Assembly: GCA_964016885.1 (NCBI GenBank)
Contig: OZ024740.1
Span: forward strand, 120,652,001-120,716,000
DNA length: 64,000 nt
Reading direction: 5' to 3'
DNA from: Eledone cirrhosa
Taxonomy: Eukaryota
Shown here piece by piece: positions 1 to 14,580 of the stretch. The notes beneath the pieces were generated by a model. The model was not told the origin of the DNA and did not search any database. It saw only the letters and a list, made by a program, of their open reading frames with translations. A program made the position numbers and the translations under genes. Position 1 is the stretch's first letter; every line of letters begins with the position of its first letter.

Positions 1-45
1 TCAAAGCATGGCGTCCGACCCTCTACCGATAATAATAATAATAAT

Positions 46-265
46 AATGGTTTCTACTATAGGCACAAGGTCAGCAATTTGGGGAGAGGGGAAAGTTGAT
101 TAAATCGACCCCAGTACATTACTGGTGCTATATTTTAACAACCACCTAAGGATGAAAGGCAAAGCTGACTTCTGCGGGATTTGAACTCAGAAAGTAAAGG
201 GTCGTAATTTTATGCTGCAAAGCATAATATCTGATGCTCTACCAATACTGCCACTCCATTTCCCT
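46..265 (-). mobile_element. tRNA-derived SINE, family A (diverged copy)
   Basis: The reverse strand shows a B-box-like GAGTTCAAATCC and the core GCCTTTCATCCTT..GGT..., shared with many other copies in the window. Bases 1-31 are the head end of another copy. Confidence 0.8.
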
Positions 266-306
266 AATAATAACAACAGCAACAACAATATATATATATA
301 TATTTA

Positions 307-337
<31 letters not shown>

Positions 338-344
338 ATATATA

Positions 345-545
345 TAAATGTAATCTGAGTTTTTCAAATATTATAATTAATATTCGATTTGTCTGCAATT
401 ATGCAAACAAGCCTCATTTTTAAAGCGATGTCAGTAGTATGAGCCCCTCATTTGACTGACATGGCTTTAAAAATGAGGCTTGTTTGCATAATTGCAGATG
501 AATCGAATATTATAATTAATATTCGAAAAACTCAGATTACATTTA
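345..545. repeat. ~200 bp imperfect hairpin between (TA)n tracts
   Basis: taaatgtaatctgagtttttc...gcctcatttttaaagc.atgtcagt pairs with actgacat.gctttaaaaatgaggc...gaaaaactcagattacattta across a spacer of about 18 nt. Confidence 0.85.
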
Positions 546-1039
546 TTGTATTCAGCCATGTAGAGCGAACATTTCTTTATTGTATATATATATATTATTA
601 TATATATATATATTATATATATATATTATATATATATATAATTATATATATATATATATATATATATTGTTATACTTTGGGAGGGTCATGTTGCCAATAA
701 GAAACACACGCACCAGTTGCTTTCACTTCAATTTATTATAAATTAAATTTATAAATTTCCGGTTGGTTGGTTGGTTCCACAACCAGATGATTGTTCATAT
801 ATTGTCAAAGTTCTTTCCTCAAACATTCTGTGACCTCTTCAGTGACTGGAGATTCTTTTTTTGTTTTTGTGCCTCTCCTTTGTTCTGTCCTACGTCATCT
901 TGTTTTTGTGTGTATTGTGTGCTTAGTTTGTGCATGTGTTACATCCGGGTGTCTGTGTGTGTTTATATTTGTTATTTATTTGTTTATTTACATGTTACTG
1001 GTTGTTTGTTCTATGTGTGTGTGTGTTTTGATTTTGTCC

Positions 1040-1556
1040 TTAATTGTAAGTTGTGATGTTGCTATTCCATTCATGCTTTCTATTTAATTTTGGTTGGAGT
1101 TCATTTATGTTTATTGCCTCTGTGATTTGTCTAAACATTGCGTCTTTTCTGTGTGTTGATTCTATTTTTATTTCTATGTTCTTTAATTTACCCTTATGTT
1201 CTATTTTAGCATGTTGGTAGAGTACAGATGATTCTTTACTATCTTGAAGGTCTCGCCAGTGTTCATTTATCCGTTCCCCTATACTACTAGTTGTCTCACC
1301 TATGCACACTATATTTTTATCTCTACATTGTCCTTCAGTGCATATTATGCTATATACTACATTTCTAGTTTTACAGTTAATATGGGGGCTTAGTTTACAG
1401 ATTATACATTTCTTATCTATACAGAGAGGTCTTTGAAAAGGGTATGTATTGGTAATAAGTGTTTTTATGGAGGTACCTGGTCTTTCTACTATCTTAATAT
1501 TGAGTTTATGTTTATCTAGGGCCCTTCTGAATGTGTAAGCTAATTCACCTCTAGGG
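1040..1556 (-). pseudogene. PLE GIY-YIG endonuclease C-terminal fragment
   Basis: Translation: C..C..C...NCKTRNVVYSIICTEGQC..IVCIGETTSSIGERINEH...SVLYQHAKIEH...RQITEAININELQPKLNRKHEW, i.e. VVY/(Y>C)IG, catalytic R, E and N, and a Cys-rich linker. The first ~27 aa of the listed ORF come from the inverted pLTR. Confidence 0.9.
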
Positions 1557-1703
1557 GTAAATAAACAAATAAATAAACAAATATAAACACACACAGACAC
1601 CCGGATGTAACACATGCGCAAACTAAGCACACAACACACACAAAATCAAGATGGCGTAGGACAGAACAAAGGAGAGGCACAAAAACAAAGAAAAGAATCC
1701 ACA

Positions 1704-1746
1704 GTCACTGAAGAGGTCACAGAATGTGTGACGAAAGAACTTTGAC
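1704..1746 (+). ncRNA. minimal type I hammerhead ribozyme motif (degenerate mirror copy at ~803-845, minus)
   Basis: gtca-CTGAAGA-g-gtcaca gaatg tgtgac-GAAA-gaac-TT-tgac: stem I gtca/tgac, 6-bp stem II, CUU triplet. Confidence 0.65.
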
Positions 1747-1935
1747 AATATATGAACAATCGTCTGGTTGTGGAACTAACCAACCAACCGGAAATTTATA
1801 AATTTATAATAAATTGAAGTGATTACATCTGGTGCGTGTGTTTCTTATTGGCAACATGACCCTCCCAAAGTATAACAATTTCGGTTTCAACACACGTTTT
1901 CATATAAAGAATCTTGTTAAACAAATTCAGAAACG

Positions 1936-1974
<39 letters not shown>

Positions 1975-1977
<3 letters not shown>

Positions 1978-2256
1978 ATAATTGTTTCTACTTTTAGCAC
2001 AAGGCCAGCAATTATCCCAGTATATTATTACTGGTACTTTATTTTATCGACCCCGTAAGGATGATAATAATAATTGTTTCTACTTTAGGCACAAGGCCAG
2101 CAATTACCCAGTACATTACTGGTACTTTATTTTATCGACCCCGTAAGGATGAAAGGCAAAGTTAACCTCGGCGTGATTTGAACTTAGATCGTAAAGGGAC
2201 GTAACTCTATGCTTCAAAGCATGGCATCCAACTCTCTACTGATACTGCCAATCCAT
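1975..2256 (-). mobile_element. SINE family A: partial 3' copy (1975-2063) in tandem with a full copy (2064-2256)
   Basis: ggcacaaggccagcaatta..ccagt..attactggtactttattttatcgaccccgtaaggatga occurs twice, and the second copy extends to the tRNA head. Confidence 0.85.
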
Positions 2257-3170
2257 ATAATAATTAGTCTAATGACTTCATTTATACCATAAATGTGGTT
2301 TAGTCTTTGCGTGTAATTGTTCTTACCGCTCTGCATAACGACGTATTATTTTCGCTTTTTTCTGCTCAATGCCAGGGAACGTCTTCATGAACTAGAATAT
2401 TGTTTTCTTGTTTTCCTCCAGTTGCAATGTTTTTCGAAATATTTACTTCTGCGTTCACAGATTGATTTTTTTTTAGTTTCACAATATCCCGTTAAGGGTG
2501 AAAGCAACGATTCTTTGCTTAAACTTTAATCTGTTATTTTAATATATATATATATATATATATCATTGTTTTCCTTGTTTTTGTGCCCCCTCACCCATGT
2601 TGGCCTGAGTTATATGAGACATTTTGACGCAGAATTCTATGGCCAAACAACTTAACATAAAGCCTTATTTGTTTTGTTTTTTTAAATTGAGATATTGACC
2701 TTTGCACTGAACCACAGAACTTATTGTTTCGTGTGCTAGACACACAAATATCATGGTGAAAGTAATGATAGAGATGAAATAAAAACAAAGACAAAGATAT
2801 TCATACATTTATACATAAGTAAATATAAGAGGCTTCTAAAGAGATTCCCTCTACCATATTCATTCATAAGGAATTGGTCAGCCTTAGGTTAAAGTACACC
2901 TACTATAGATATTTTGCTAAGATGTTACAGAGAAGAATAAAACCCCAAACTACATAATTGTGGAGCAATCGTCTTAACCATACTTACATGCTTGCACCTA
3001 CCTGGCCATGCCTGCATTTATGCAGCTGCTATATATAGTGAAATCATATTCAAATGTTTATGAATCAATGTTTATTTAAGTATGTCAGAATATTTCTATG
3101 TTGCTTGATTTCTTATGAATGTAATTTTTCAGGTGCAACATCTATCTATCTATGTGTATGTATGTATGTA

Positions 3171-3250
<80 letters not shown>

Positions 3251-5134
3251 GACAATAACATCTTTTACAAAAATATATCCCAATAACAGGCAGTACAGAT
3301 GTTAAATAATGATGCTGATGATGGTGATGAAAATGATATATATTACATTATTGAATTTAACTGCACATACCTATAAAAATATATCTAAACGCATGTATAT
3401 GTAGGACCTAATATAAAAAAATATATATAAATATATGGCATGAAAATATGAATGCACATTACAAATGAAGGTGTGTGTGTGTCTTAATTTTGATAATTTT
3501 AAATTGATACTTTACTTAACCCAAGTACCAACAAAATGGAAGCATTTGTTCTGTAGTATTATCACATACATCCTTCTCATCATCACGTATTCATTTTCCC
3601 TGTTAGCAAAATTTGGGTTGGTCATCATAGCCTGCTGGAGCTACTTAATTTCCAGAAAAGCTCTACAGAGGGTCCTGAGGGTGTTTCATCATGACACTAT
3701 AACTGGGAAAGTTGTCATGTCTTTGACAAAACTAAAGGGTCCTTTCAAATCGTCTTTTAGCAACCTTATCAATTAAATAATCATTTGAGTACATTTCTCC
3801 AAATTCTTAATTAGTTAATTAAAATACAATGTATATATTAGAAATATGCTAACAAAAAGTTAACATGCTATTTGTGTTTTAGTCCCTCCTCCACCTGCTA
3901 CTTCATTATGACAATGAGCATGTAGATATGTATATTCCTATAAATACATAAAGTTTTACATCTCTCTCACTTAATCACATACTCTCTCTCTCCATATGTG
4001 TGTGTATGTATATATATATATAGACACACACACACACATAATACAAAGTGCCTATGCGTGAATATGTAAAATAAACATACTTACGAATATAAATATATAC
4101 TCAGTTGTTTGTATGGATCTATTTTATGTTTATATATGGATGAGTATGCCTGTAGTTATCTGTGTGCATGCGTGTGTGTATAGTTCTCGACACTCATTCC
4201 ATTTAGAGTTGACATTCAGATGGATACAGTAGGATATCGGTTGCCCCACTTAGATTTAGCTCACTTTCCATTGTTCCTACATCAACAACATATGTGCTTT
4301 TAATCTCTAGGCCACAAAAACAATTAGATGGCATCTTTAGAAACAAAAAGTTGACATAGATCCAGTTTTACATTTCTTAACAAGATATAGTTTTGACAAA
4401 CATTTGTTCTTTCCCATATAGCAGCATTCAAACAACACAACATACAAAATATCATCATCATCATTGCCATTATACATCAGTTTGCCTTATTGTGATGAGT
4501 TGAACTAGGCATATTGCTATTATCAGGATTGTCACCATTATTATCATACTTATAATTATTAAAATTATTATTATTATAATGATTATTAATACCAATATTA
4601 TTATTATCATCATCATCACTATAAAAGTCATTAAATCTACAATCACTAAAAATTACAATTTTCATTCATCACCACCAATATTTTGCCATAATATGTGATA
4701 TTCAACAGATCACCCACACAGATTCTATTTCAATGTGTTTGAAGTGAATAATACAGCTCTAAGCTAGTTGTTATTATTCTCTTTATGTTTATGAAATTCC
4801 CATCCATGTCACTTCAGTGTTTCTATCTATCACTACAGTGATTCCCCACTAAATTACATACCTCCACCATTCCAACAATACTCACATACACCACTACTAT
4901 GCCCCTTTCACATAAAACAACATTTTCATTCATATATCTTTATCTACTACAATGCTATATCATGAATTCAAGCTGAAGATCAAAGAGTTTGAGAATGTTC
5001 TTATTTTCATCCTTTCATTGCATTCTTTATATATTTCAATACACACACACATATATATATATACCCACACACATGTATACACACCCACACATGTATACAT
5101 ATACAAGTGTATGTGTATATGTACACACACATAA

Positions 5135-5860
5135 TCCTTTTACTTGTTCCAGCCTACTGGCAGAGGCCTTTTAGAGGCACTGCCATTGCCACTACATTTT
5201 CTGTAGTCAGTATATTTCAGCATGATATTTCAGGGCTAGTACCCACTTCTCAAATGCAAAACAAAACCGATGCATTTTTCCTTAACTAGTCCGGGTATGT
5301 GGATTGTGCATGTGTGGAACAACATAGAAACCATTATGCTCCACGTATTTCTATTCTATTGTTTATCTGTGGATTCTGTGTGTTAATGCTTAAAGCTTTT
5401 TTTAATTCTTAAATTCCCAACATTCCTTTCGATTGCTTCTATAGTTGCGACATTTTTCAAAGATGAAGCTCTTGTGATGTGCTCCATGGTCTATATGTGT
5501 AACATCCAGACAGTACTTACGATTATGAGGAATAACATCCTGTAAATATGATCTTGTAGATTCCATATGCTCACATGCACACTTCTGCATTGTTGATGGG
5601 ATAGTTAGGAATTGTGCATATATTATTATATATGTGGCATTCTCTAATATACAGTATGCTGGCTTTATAAAGAGAAAATTAATTTGTATTTGAACATTTT
5701 TGGTGATAATGAGTTTTCTGAAATTGTGCATATGTATGAGATGTAGAATTTGTGGTGGTCTACATCAAAAAGCCATTTTTTGTTGTGGTATTGTAAACAT
5801 GTTGGTATTTTCTAACTGTAATGGTGTATTAAATATGATTGTCTATATACTAGATAATCA
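5135..5860 (-). pseudogene. old CR1/L2-type LINE 3' remnant
   Basis: The tail ttttacttgttccagcc...ggcactgcc resembles the LINE tail at 50890-50946. The decayed translation (KPAYCILENATYI...FEKCRNYRS) echoes the RP.LEYA / LERRR motifs. Confidence 0.45.
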
Positions 5861-7409
5861 CATTATACATACCATTATGAAAGTCAACATATATACATTT
5901 ATTTTAATTCTAAGAAGCTAAGTATTCATAAGCTGTAGCTCAACACATAATGGTGAGTCTGAAGCATTAATAATACATCCCTCAAGAATCATATTCTAGT
6001 CATTTACAAACTAAATCTTGGGGCACAATTAAGATCTCAAAACTTTTACAAACACAATGAATCATAATTTCATATAGTCAATATATGTACATATAATAGC
6101 TCAAAGCAGTTCAGAATTTCTAAATAGTACACACACCTGGAAACCAATAGTTGCTATTGGAAATATATTTATGTTGCCACATCTCTACTGCCCTAGCAAC
6201 TTCACCAACCCCACCACTCGGAACTGGTTCTTTATTTCTCGATGCTGACAGGATAAAAGGCAAAGTTAACCATGATGATATTTGAACTCAGAGTGCAGAC
6301 TTGGGGAAAATACTTTGTAGAATGTTAATCCAAAGCTCTAACAACTTTGACAATGTGTTGCTTGTAATGACATGGTTAGAGTCAGCAATAAATTATCTTG
6401 TTAAATATTATCCATGTTTCAAACAGTAATATGGATACACTCATGATAAAATGCTTTCAATAAAAGAGAATCTAAAGAAGCTACAAGACACAAAAATAGA
6501 TGCTTATAACTCATACAAAAAAGGTGAGTAGGTTCTGTGGCTAGTACCATCATTTCCTGTTTTATTGGAATCGAAATGCCAAAATAATAAACCTATGCTG
6601 GACCAAAGCTTCTGTCACAGCACCAAGTATCCGATTAAGTTTTTCCATTACCAAATTCGTAATGAATTCATTTTATATTCTGAAACCAGCATAATAATGA
6701 AACAGTTAATTATTATCCCACCTATTCATTATTTTTGAAATTACTTGAAAATCACAGATTATATGATGCAAAGCTTTTAGATAAGTAAACAGTTTTGAAT
6801 AATAGAACCAGGGGCAGTTTCATGAATTTTGGTATTGAAAGGTATTCGTTGTCTACCTCTGACCAGAATTTTGATTATCAGTTGAATTATTTAAAGTTTC
6901 CCTAATTGTTAAATCTATGACCTCCAGTCATAGTCAACAGCATGTGAAGCATAGCTTCCACCATATCATTGGCATCTAAATGGAAAGCCTTTCATAGTGA
7001 TTTACAACCACAGTACTCATTACCTTATTAGAATGTGAAGGTTCTTGAGATTTATACACCCTCCCTAATCTAACAATACTACAGAAGTTTTATAGATTTG
7101 TATTGTGAATAAGAGAACTAACTCCTTAGATAATTCCATTGTATTTATAATACACAGGATCTCTATTTTGATCATACTAGCTAACAGCTGCACCAACATC
7201 ATTGTATGATTAAAGTAAATATTATTGTTCAACACCTTATTACATCATTCTTATTGCTAATATTACAGCATTTATTAATATATTTAGTTTAACTCTTATA
7301 CACTATATATAAAACATGCAAACCCTCCACAGACAATTAATAGAATACCAAAAGAATAACAGATATGGGTAAGCAATTCAACTTCACTTAGATATTTTGC
7401 ATTAAGATG

Positions 7410-7545
7410 CATGAATGTGAGTTTAAGTATTTTGCTTTGAAACCATGTGATTTCAAGCTTAGACCAACTGTGTGGCACCTTGGGCAAGTGCTTTCTACAA
7501 CAACATTGCATCATTGACCAATACATGGGGAATGAAGCATTGACT
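7410..7545 (+). mobile_element. degenerate CORE-like SINE fragment
   Basis: tgtggcaccttgggcaagtgctttctac resembles the CORE-SINE motif. Confidence 0.5.
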
Positions 7546-8297
7546 GTTTTATATGTATATGAGGGTGTCCATACCTGGATACATTGTCATTGTTAATGAC
7601 TAGATAAGTTAGAAAGACTTCTTGAGCATAGATCATAATCCAGCATGGTTTCTATGGCTCCATAATCAACTTAAAAGGTGTACCGAGTCCCTTTTATCAT
7701 TTCACCAGCACTCCCACAACAGATGGTACTGTGTGCATATCACTGTGGCACAAGCACTAGATAGGTTTTTATATTCTTGATCAGACTGAAGTGACTTCCA
7801 TAAAGTATTGTGTCTCTAATTAATCACCAACTATAATTCCAGAGTGTACTGAGTTGGCAACCAAATTACAGAGTGTACTTGGTGCCTGCTATCATGTCAG
7901 CTATGCTAAAAGTTTATCTTATTCATGCATTTATAATTAAGAGGGCTGATATTACATTCATATATCCTTATTAAATTAGCTGTTTTGTTTTTCTTTAAAG
8001 AAAGCTAACCAGATTTCAGGATACTTTTCACACATAATGAACATTTAAAAAAGATAAAGAGTAATTTCTTGGAACAAATTTCATGTCTCAAAACACGATA
8101 TATCATCAAAGGATTAACATCAGTGATAGTTCAATATTTTACTCTTTCATGAGCACATTTCTAATATAAAATACACTGCCTTATTTACAAGACATTATGT
8201 CATTTGAATGCTGCGACAATGTGAAAGTTGTGGTATGATTTAATATAATAGAAGGCAACAAAGGTGCTCTGTGTTACCTGTTCTTTATTCAAATAGA

Positions 8298-8334
8298 ACT
8301 TTAATTTTTTAGATAAAATATCCTCATCAGAAGT
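8298..8334 (-). ncRNA. degenerate hammerhead relic
   Basis: Reverse complement: actt-CTGATGA-ggata ttt tatct-(A)AAA-aatta-aagt, with GAAA mutated. Confidence 0.4.
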
Positions 8335-11300
8335 AAAAAACCTTGGAAAATAATGAAAATGTTTTAGCATGTATGTGCCATCTTTTCTTTGTATATATGC
8401 CATTACTAGCCAGAAGTGGTAGTGTGAGAAGTGTGAGAAGTGTTAACGTCTGTGTCTGCATGTATGTGAGTGGATGTGTGTGGTATGTTTTTTTTTTCTT
8501 TTTTGAATTTAACATTGTATTTATTAATTCATTTATTTTACATTAGTATTTATGTGTGTTTGGCACAAAGAATGCAGTCATAATTGTAAAATAAGTATTG
8601 CACTGTTATGCAATGGATATTTTGTGTGTGTTATAGCTCTTGCATACATTCATGCACACACAAACACACCTTTAGTCAAGGAAGGATGCATGCATTTGCT
8701 TGCAGACATGTAGGCGTATGTCATACACTGTCACCAGTCAGAGGCAATGTTGTGCATTAAGTCCTGGTATGCAAATGGGTGTCTTGAGCCAGGCAGTCTC
8801 TTGCCATTGATGTGCTGTGCATTTTCATGTTTTAATGTGTTGCATATAAATAGTGGAAAACATTTTGTAAATTAACCCTATGTTATCAAAGGTTCAATAT
8901 GACATTGATCAATAGAGATATAAGACATAGTAAAACGATTATACTGCACTGGGAGCATGACTATGATCAGAGCTGGAGCTACCGTTAAAGCTAACAATCA
9001 ATCACCTAGTGTGCTGATTGCAGAGAAGTGCATTACTAAATCCTAAAAGATGACAGTTTTTTTACAAATTGGTATGATTAAAGTAAATATATAATAATTT
9101 CTTTGGTCAATAAATCAATAAAGATATTTACTGTCCAAAGTAGTGTGGTAGAATTATCCAAAGTGGTGGAAATAGTAGAATGGTGTTATGACCTTGCACA
9201 TGATTTGGCATGTGTCAAGGAGAATGTAGAATTAGTAAATTTCATAGAATGGTAGAGTAAGAAGTATCAAAAATGGAGTTCATCAGCTTATCAATGTGTA
9301 AGTTGTAATAATCTTATTTGGGAGAATGGGCACACATAACTGGGAGAAGGTGGCATACATTGTAGAGCTAGCCTAAGTTGCTAAATACCCAATGTACCAT
9401 CTATTATGTAACTGCTGAAGACTGCTTGAACAAATATACTTGAAGCTAACCCAACTCAAGAGATTACTGAAATCATTTGATGTTGCTGAACACTAAATAT
9501 GAAGTTGGAAACTCAAAATAACACAACAATATCTACAAAGCCAGACGTAGATAGGGAAACACTCAAGACAGTTAAATATAAATGCTTATACTAGGAATTT
9601 ATGTCCAGTGTTGCATATTGTTCACAAACTATAAATTGCATGTTGTGAGATGTTACTGGAAATAACTTATTAACCCCAAGGTTAAAATCTCTATTGGAAT
9701 TTAAGATGTAAAAGGGCAGTCTACAGTAGTTGTACATGAGAAACTGGTAGATGCCAAATTAAAAATGAGCCAACTGTTATATATGCAGTATAAGAGAGAA
9801 GATTGCTATATTATTATGGTAAGCATTCACAGTTAGATATTGGACAGAAAGTATTCTTCAACCAGAGAGGTCATTAAAGAAAATATGAGTAACTCTAATG
9901 GCACTGACAGATTTAAACTGTAATGTATCCCAAACACATATGTATGTATGTATGTATGTGTGTGTGTGTATGTGTGCGTGCGTGCGCACACACATATATA
10001 TATATGTGTGTGTATATATATGTATATATACATTTTTTTTCTGTCTAACAATGCACACACACACACACACACACACATATGCATACACTCACACACATAT
10101 ACATATTATCATACACAGTCAGATATACTTCTTCAGAATTGCTGCCTTTCTAAACAAGACTAAGAATTAATTTGATTTGTATTTTCCATTTTGGCATTGT
10201 TTACCTGGCTGGCTACACTAAAAACATCTCAGGACCAATGAGAGTCATCTCAACTCTATCGAATCTGTCCATAAGCAACCACATTACAGAACAAGTGGAG
10301 TGCATGTTGTTATGGCACAAGTCCTATTGAGTTTATCTTGGGTCACTCAAGCCTAAATATTCCTCACTACCCTATATTATTAACTGCGTTATCAAGGCAA
10401 CAAACCAACTCAGAAAGTGGATATGTGTAAGAGAGACAGACTGAACTAAAACACAGAAGGAAAGGCAGGGTAGCAGGAGTTAAGAGAAGAAAATCATAAA
10501 CAGAGAAATTTGGAAGGAGAAAATGAGAGGGTTGTGCATAAATGGATTTGACGTTTGTGTACAGTCAGGGATGGAGTAGACTAATGAGGTTGGGGGTAAG
10601 GTTGAATATGGATAGGTGTATATAACATATTTTAATGTGTGTGTGTGTGTGTGGCTGCATGCAAGCCAGTTAGGGCAATTAGACCAATTACTACCTAGGG
10701 GGCACCTCAACTTCTAATGCTAATCCTGTATGTGGGTGTATAATAGTGATCTTTGTGAATCTGAGGAACTTTCTGAAACCTTCCTAACTAGTTTATTTCA
10801 AGGTAGCTCTCCGAAAAGACAGCAGGAGTCAAGAAAACAGTAGCAACAGCAATAATGGTAATGAAAAAACCAATTAGACTGGACCATTTCCAAAGAGGAA
10901 AAACAGAGATAATTCATTGTCGTTTTTCCTCTTTAGGTTTGTTATGTTTTTTAAATAAAGATTGGCTTTTGTTTCTTTGTTACTAGGTCAGGATATTTTA
11001 GAAAATAAAACTATTGATTTCTTCTAAACGAGAAGAGCATTTACATTCAACAATACACTGAAGGAAATACCAGCCAAATAACAATTTCCACTTAGTTGCT
11101 AAAAGATTATTTAACTCTTTGAATTCTCAATTTTGGAAAATATTCTCTTCTCTTCTTTTTTTCAAACTAGAATTTTAGATATTTATAGTCAGACATAATT
11201 TGTTGCTGAAGATCAATTACATTTGTAACTTCAATATAGACATCTATAAATAATATCAGAATCACCGATTAAACAACATTATTAGGTTAAATTTTTTTTT

Positions 11301-12857
11301 TGTTTGGCTTTCTTTTGTAACAGATAAGGCTATCAAAGATAAACCAGTCTCCAGGAAATGGTGAAATAGGAATAGCAGAGAGCAATAATAGGAAGGAGAT
11401 GCAAAACATTAGGTTTACTTAACTAGAAGGAAAGCAGTGAACAAGTAATTTGCTAATGTGTTATGTCATGATTATGACTGATGTAAAATTGTTAAAATTA
11501 CAACAGGATTTTGTTGTTATTTTATGAAAATGATGATGCTTGTAGTTGTTGGTAAACTTAACAAAAAGGCTTTGGTCTATCACTTCAACAGTTACTTGAA
11601 TAAAGAAGGAAATATTGAGAGGCAATTACAGTTGTAACAACCATAGGAGTATATTGAAAGCTTAAGTATAAGCATTATGAGAGTGACAACTGAAGAAACA
11701 ATTACAAGAAAAGTTGCATTTCCCAAAGGGATAACTGTTAAGATTCTAAATGTAACCAATTATAGTAATCAGTTTGTACAGGTAGGTATAATTTCTGCCA
11801 CCCATAAGAAAAACTGGCATAACATCAACATGGTCAACTGTTACAAAGTTTAAATGGTGCACCAGGGATCGTTAAAATTACTGAATCCTAAAAGAGTAAA
11901 ACATAAAAGGGATAGAGAATTATACGAAAGTCAAGACAAAACAGAGTTAGTTTGGAAAGGATACAGTTTGAGTTTGTACTAATATGCTGAATTGAAAATG
12001 CTATACAGCTAAATGAGAAAATTTGCAAATATGTACACATTAATCTGCAGAAAGCTTTTGACAGGAACTTACACTCTAGCCTGATTGGCACTGAGAAAGT
12101 AAGACATGAATAATGAATGACTCATGGGAGTATTTCTAGTACTGAGTTAGGTTTCTGTAATCAAATTCATATGGATATCAAATTCAATAAGGAATTAATG
12201 CAATGTAAAAATAGCTTCACTCGATTTCTGTTATTAGACTTACAATTTTCTATTTTATTATGTTCTTTGTTACAATAATATGATAAAGATGGTCAGGAAA
12301 TAGAAGTCTTTTTTAACTTTTATATGCTGATGACTATATTGTAGAATATGTTGAAGAGCTACAAGGAAGAAATGTCACAAAAAAAAAATGATTAAGAGGC
12401 CTGAAGTTTAGCATAGCAAAAGTAAAATTATACGTTAGTAGCAGAAAGCATGAAATCCCAGTAACAAGTGAAAATGAACATGTAAATATGTAATAATGTT
12501 TTGAAGGTAACTCAATTCTATGTACCAAAGGCAAACAACAGCTATCCAAAAAGTACACAATGATCTCTGGCTAACATTTCCATGCATTTCAGATGGCTTG
12601 GTAGCAAAAGGGTTGCAATAGCTATTAAAATACCCAGCAAGTTTTTATATGAGAGAAGAAAGGCTATGCAATCCAATGAAGCAGTTTGGAAGTGGCTTGC
12701 CTCAAAATGTTTCAACCCTTTTGAGTTTATGTGTGACCAATTGGCGCCCATGGTGGTGAATTGCACCCCCCTTTTCTTTTTTCCTCTTTTTTAATGAATT
12801 TTTTCTCTCACTTTTATGCATTTATGCTTATGTTATTTACGTGTTTATAATATTATT

Positions 12858-12980
12858 AATAATTGTTTCTACTTATGGCACAAGGCCAGCAATTACCCAG
12901 TGTATTACTGGTACTTTATTTTATCAACCCCGTAAGGATGAAAGGCAAAGTTAACCTTGGCGGGTTTTGAACTCAGAATA
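12858..12980 (-). mobile_element. SINE family A, 5'-truncated
   Basis: Same core and tail as the other copies, ending at the B box. Confidence 0.85.
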
Positions 12981-13567
12981 TAATATTATTAATAATAAAC
13001 GGAAAAAAATGAAACGAAATTTCATTTCCCACTCTTAGTACGGCTGTTACTTAAATATAAGTATGTACACATACATACATATATGTATACAGACGTACAG
13101 TAATAATGTTATCTATGTATATATTTAAAACATATATGTAATGTTATTTATACAGCTGTGAATAAAATTGAGATATATATATATTTATTAGAACATAGAT
13201 GATGTACAAGTAAAAGAAGATTGCTAAAATTGTATTCAGAACATATTTGATTACTGTTTATGTCTATTAAAATCATGTGTGTAATTGTTTGTAACCATAT
13301 AACATCAGTTGCATGCATAAATTAATAAAAAGAAAATGGAAGATGGTATAGAAACAATCTCATTTCCATTTTGTTTTCATTAAATTCATCTCATTTAGGA
13401 AAAACAAAAAAGTAGTTAATTAAACAGATACCCCATAGCATTATATGTGTGTATGTGTGTGTGTATATATATGTATATATATATACACACACACATACAC
13501 ACATATAATGTATATATATATATATATATATATTTGTGTGTGTGTATATATATGTGTGTGTGTATTC

Positions 13568-13600
<33 letters not shown>

Positions 13601-13948
13601 GGAGGAAATTGTAGTTTACTTGAAGCATTGCGTAATGAGGTATAAACATTTGGAGTTAGAAGGCCAAAGCAATGTAGGTATGGATATAGAATATAAATAC
13701 AAATGCAAAAGATATTGCTGACAATTAGTCTTTTACCTTAAATTTATTTGAGTATCCTTAATTTTCGAGATAATATCTCTTCTTCGGAGGGAGGTAAAGG
13801 GGTGAATCCAGTGTTCTAATTAGCTTGCCAAGTCATGCTGACAGGAAATGGTATAGAAATTCCATTCTATTTCTTATGTCAAAGAGTGAAGATTAGGTGT
13901 GTAAAGAGTTGTCTCCTTTTAAAAGGGGTTTGGACATGTATGTTTAAG

Positions 13949-14344
13949 ACATTACTTATCTATTATTTATTTACAATTTTGTTATTAATTTTCGTTATAT
14001 AGTGAAGAGGTAATAGATTAGATGTTGTCTTTCTGTTTCTTCTACAACAACTACAATGGTACGCGATGGAGCCCAGCCACAGCCCCGGCGGACGGCGAGG
14101 GAGACGCACTGGAAAAGCCACTCCAACTCGCGGGGCTCACACCTGTGGCTGGCCAGCTCAGCACCTATGGTGGTGAGTAAGGAGGTAGTCCTGGGGCCGA
14201 GGACACCAGAAGTCTCCACTGCCAGGGGTACGACCGCAAACCTGTTGGAGAGCAACCAGTATTTTAGGAGTTTGGCCTCCTCAGTCCGGCGTGCAGCAGA
14301 ACCTGGGTCAGTCGCAGACTGCATCAGGTTGCGGCTGCAGAAAG
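13949..14344 (-). mobile_element. CRE-type non-LTR retrotransposon 3' fragment (restriction-like endonuclease tail) nested in the PLE
   Basis: Translation GSAARRTEEAKLLKY..L..FAVVPLAVETSGVLG...WLFQCVSLAVRRG matches the CRE/Cnl1/MoTeR C-terminus. A 12-bp direct repeat tgtatgtttaag sits at 13937-13948 and 14345-14356. Confidence 0.8.
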
Positions 14345-14580
14345 TGTATGTTTAAGTGTGTGTGGGAGAATACATGAAGGTGTAAGGATGTGTGTGAGTG
14401 TGAGAGGATATGTTTATGTAAATATGGGGGCTAGATGCTCTATCATGTTAAAACTGGTCTTTGTGTGTGTGTGTGAGAGAGAATAAGTGGAGGTGTAAGT
14501 GTGTGTGCGCTTGTGCATGTGCATGTGCGTGAGAGAGAGAGAAGGTATATGGAGGTGTAAGTGTGGGGCTAGGTGCTCTA

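Larger units (their letters stand above)
666..1938 (-). mobile_element. 5'-truncated Penelope-like retroelement with inverted pLTRs
   Basis: Inverted repeats at 666-991 and 1557-1879 flank a GIY-YIG remnant. A hammerhead motif lies in the repeat, and (TA)n is on both sides. Confidence 0.9.

Noticed and set aside
10760-12560. Possible host exons or transposase in purine-rich unique sequence
   Set aside because: No sustained ORF or recognisable motif was found.
12742-12760. TGGCGCCC as a tRNA-Lys primer-binding site
   Set aside because: Only about 9 nt match, and no LTR or gag/pol sequence is adjacent.
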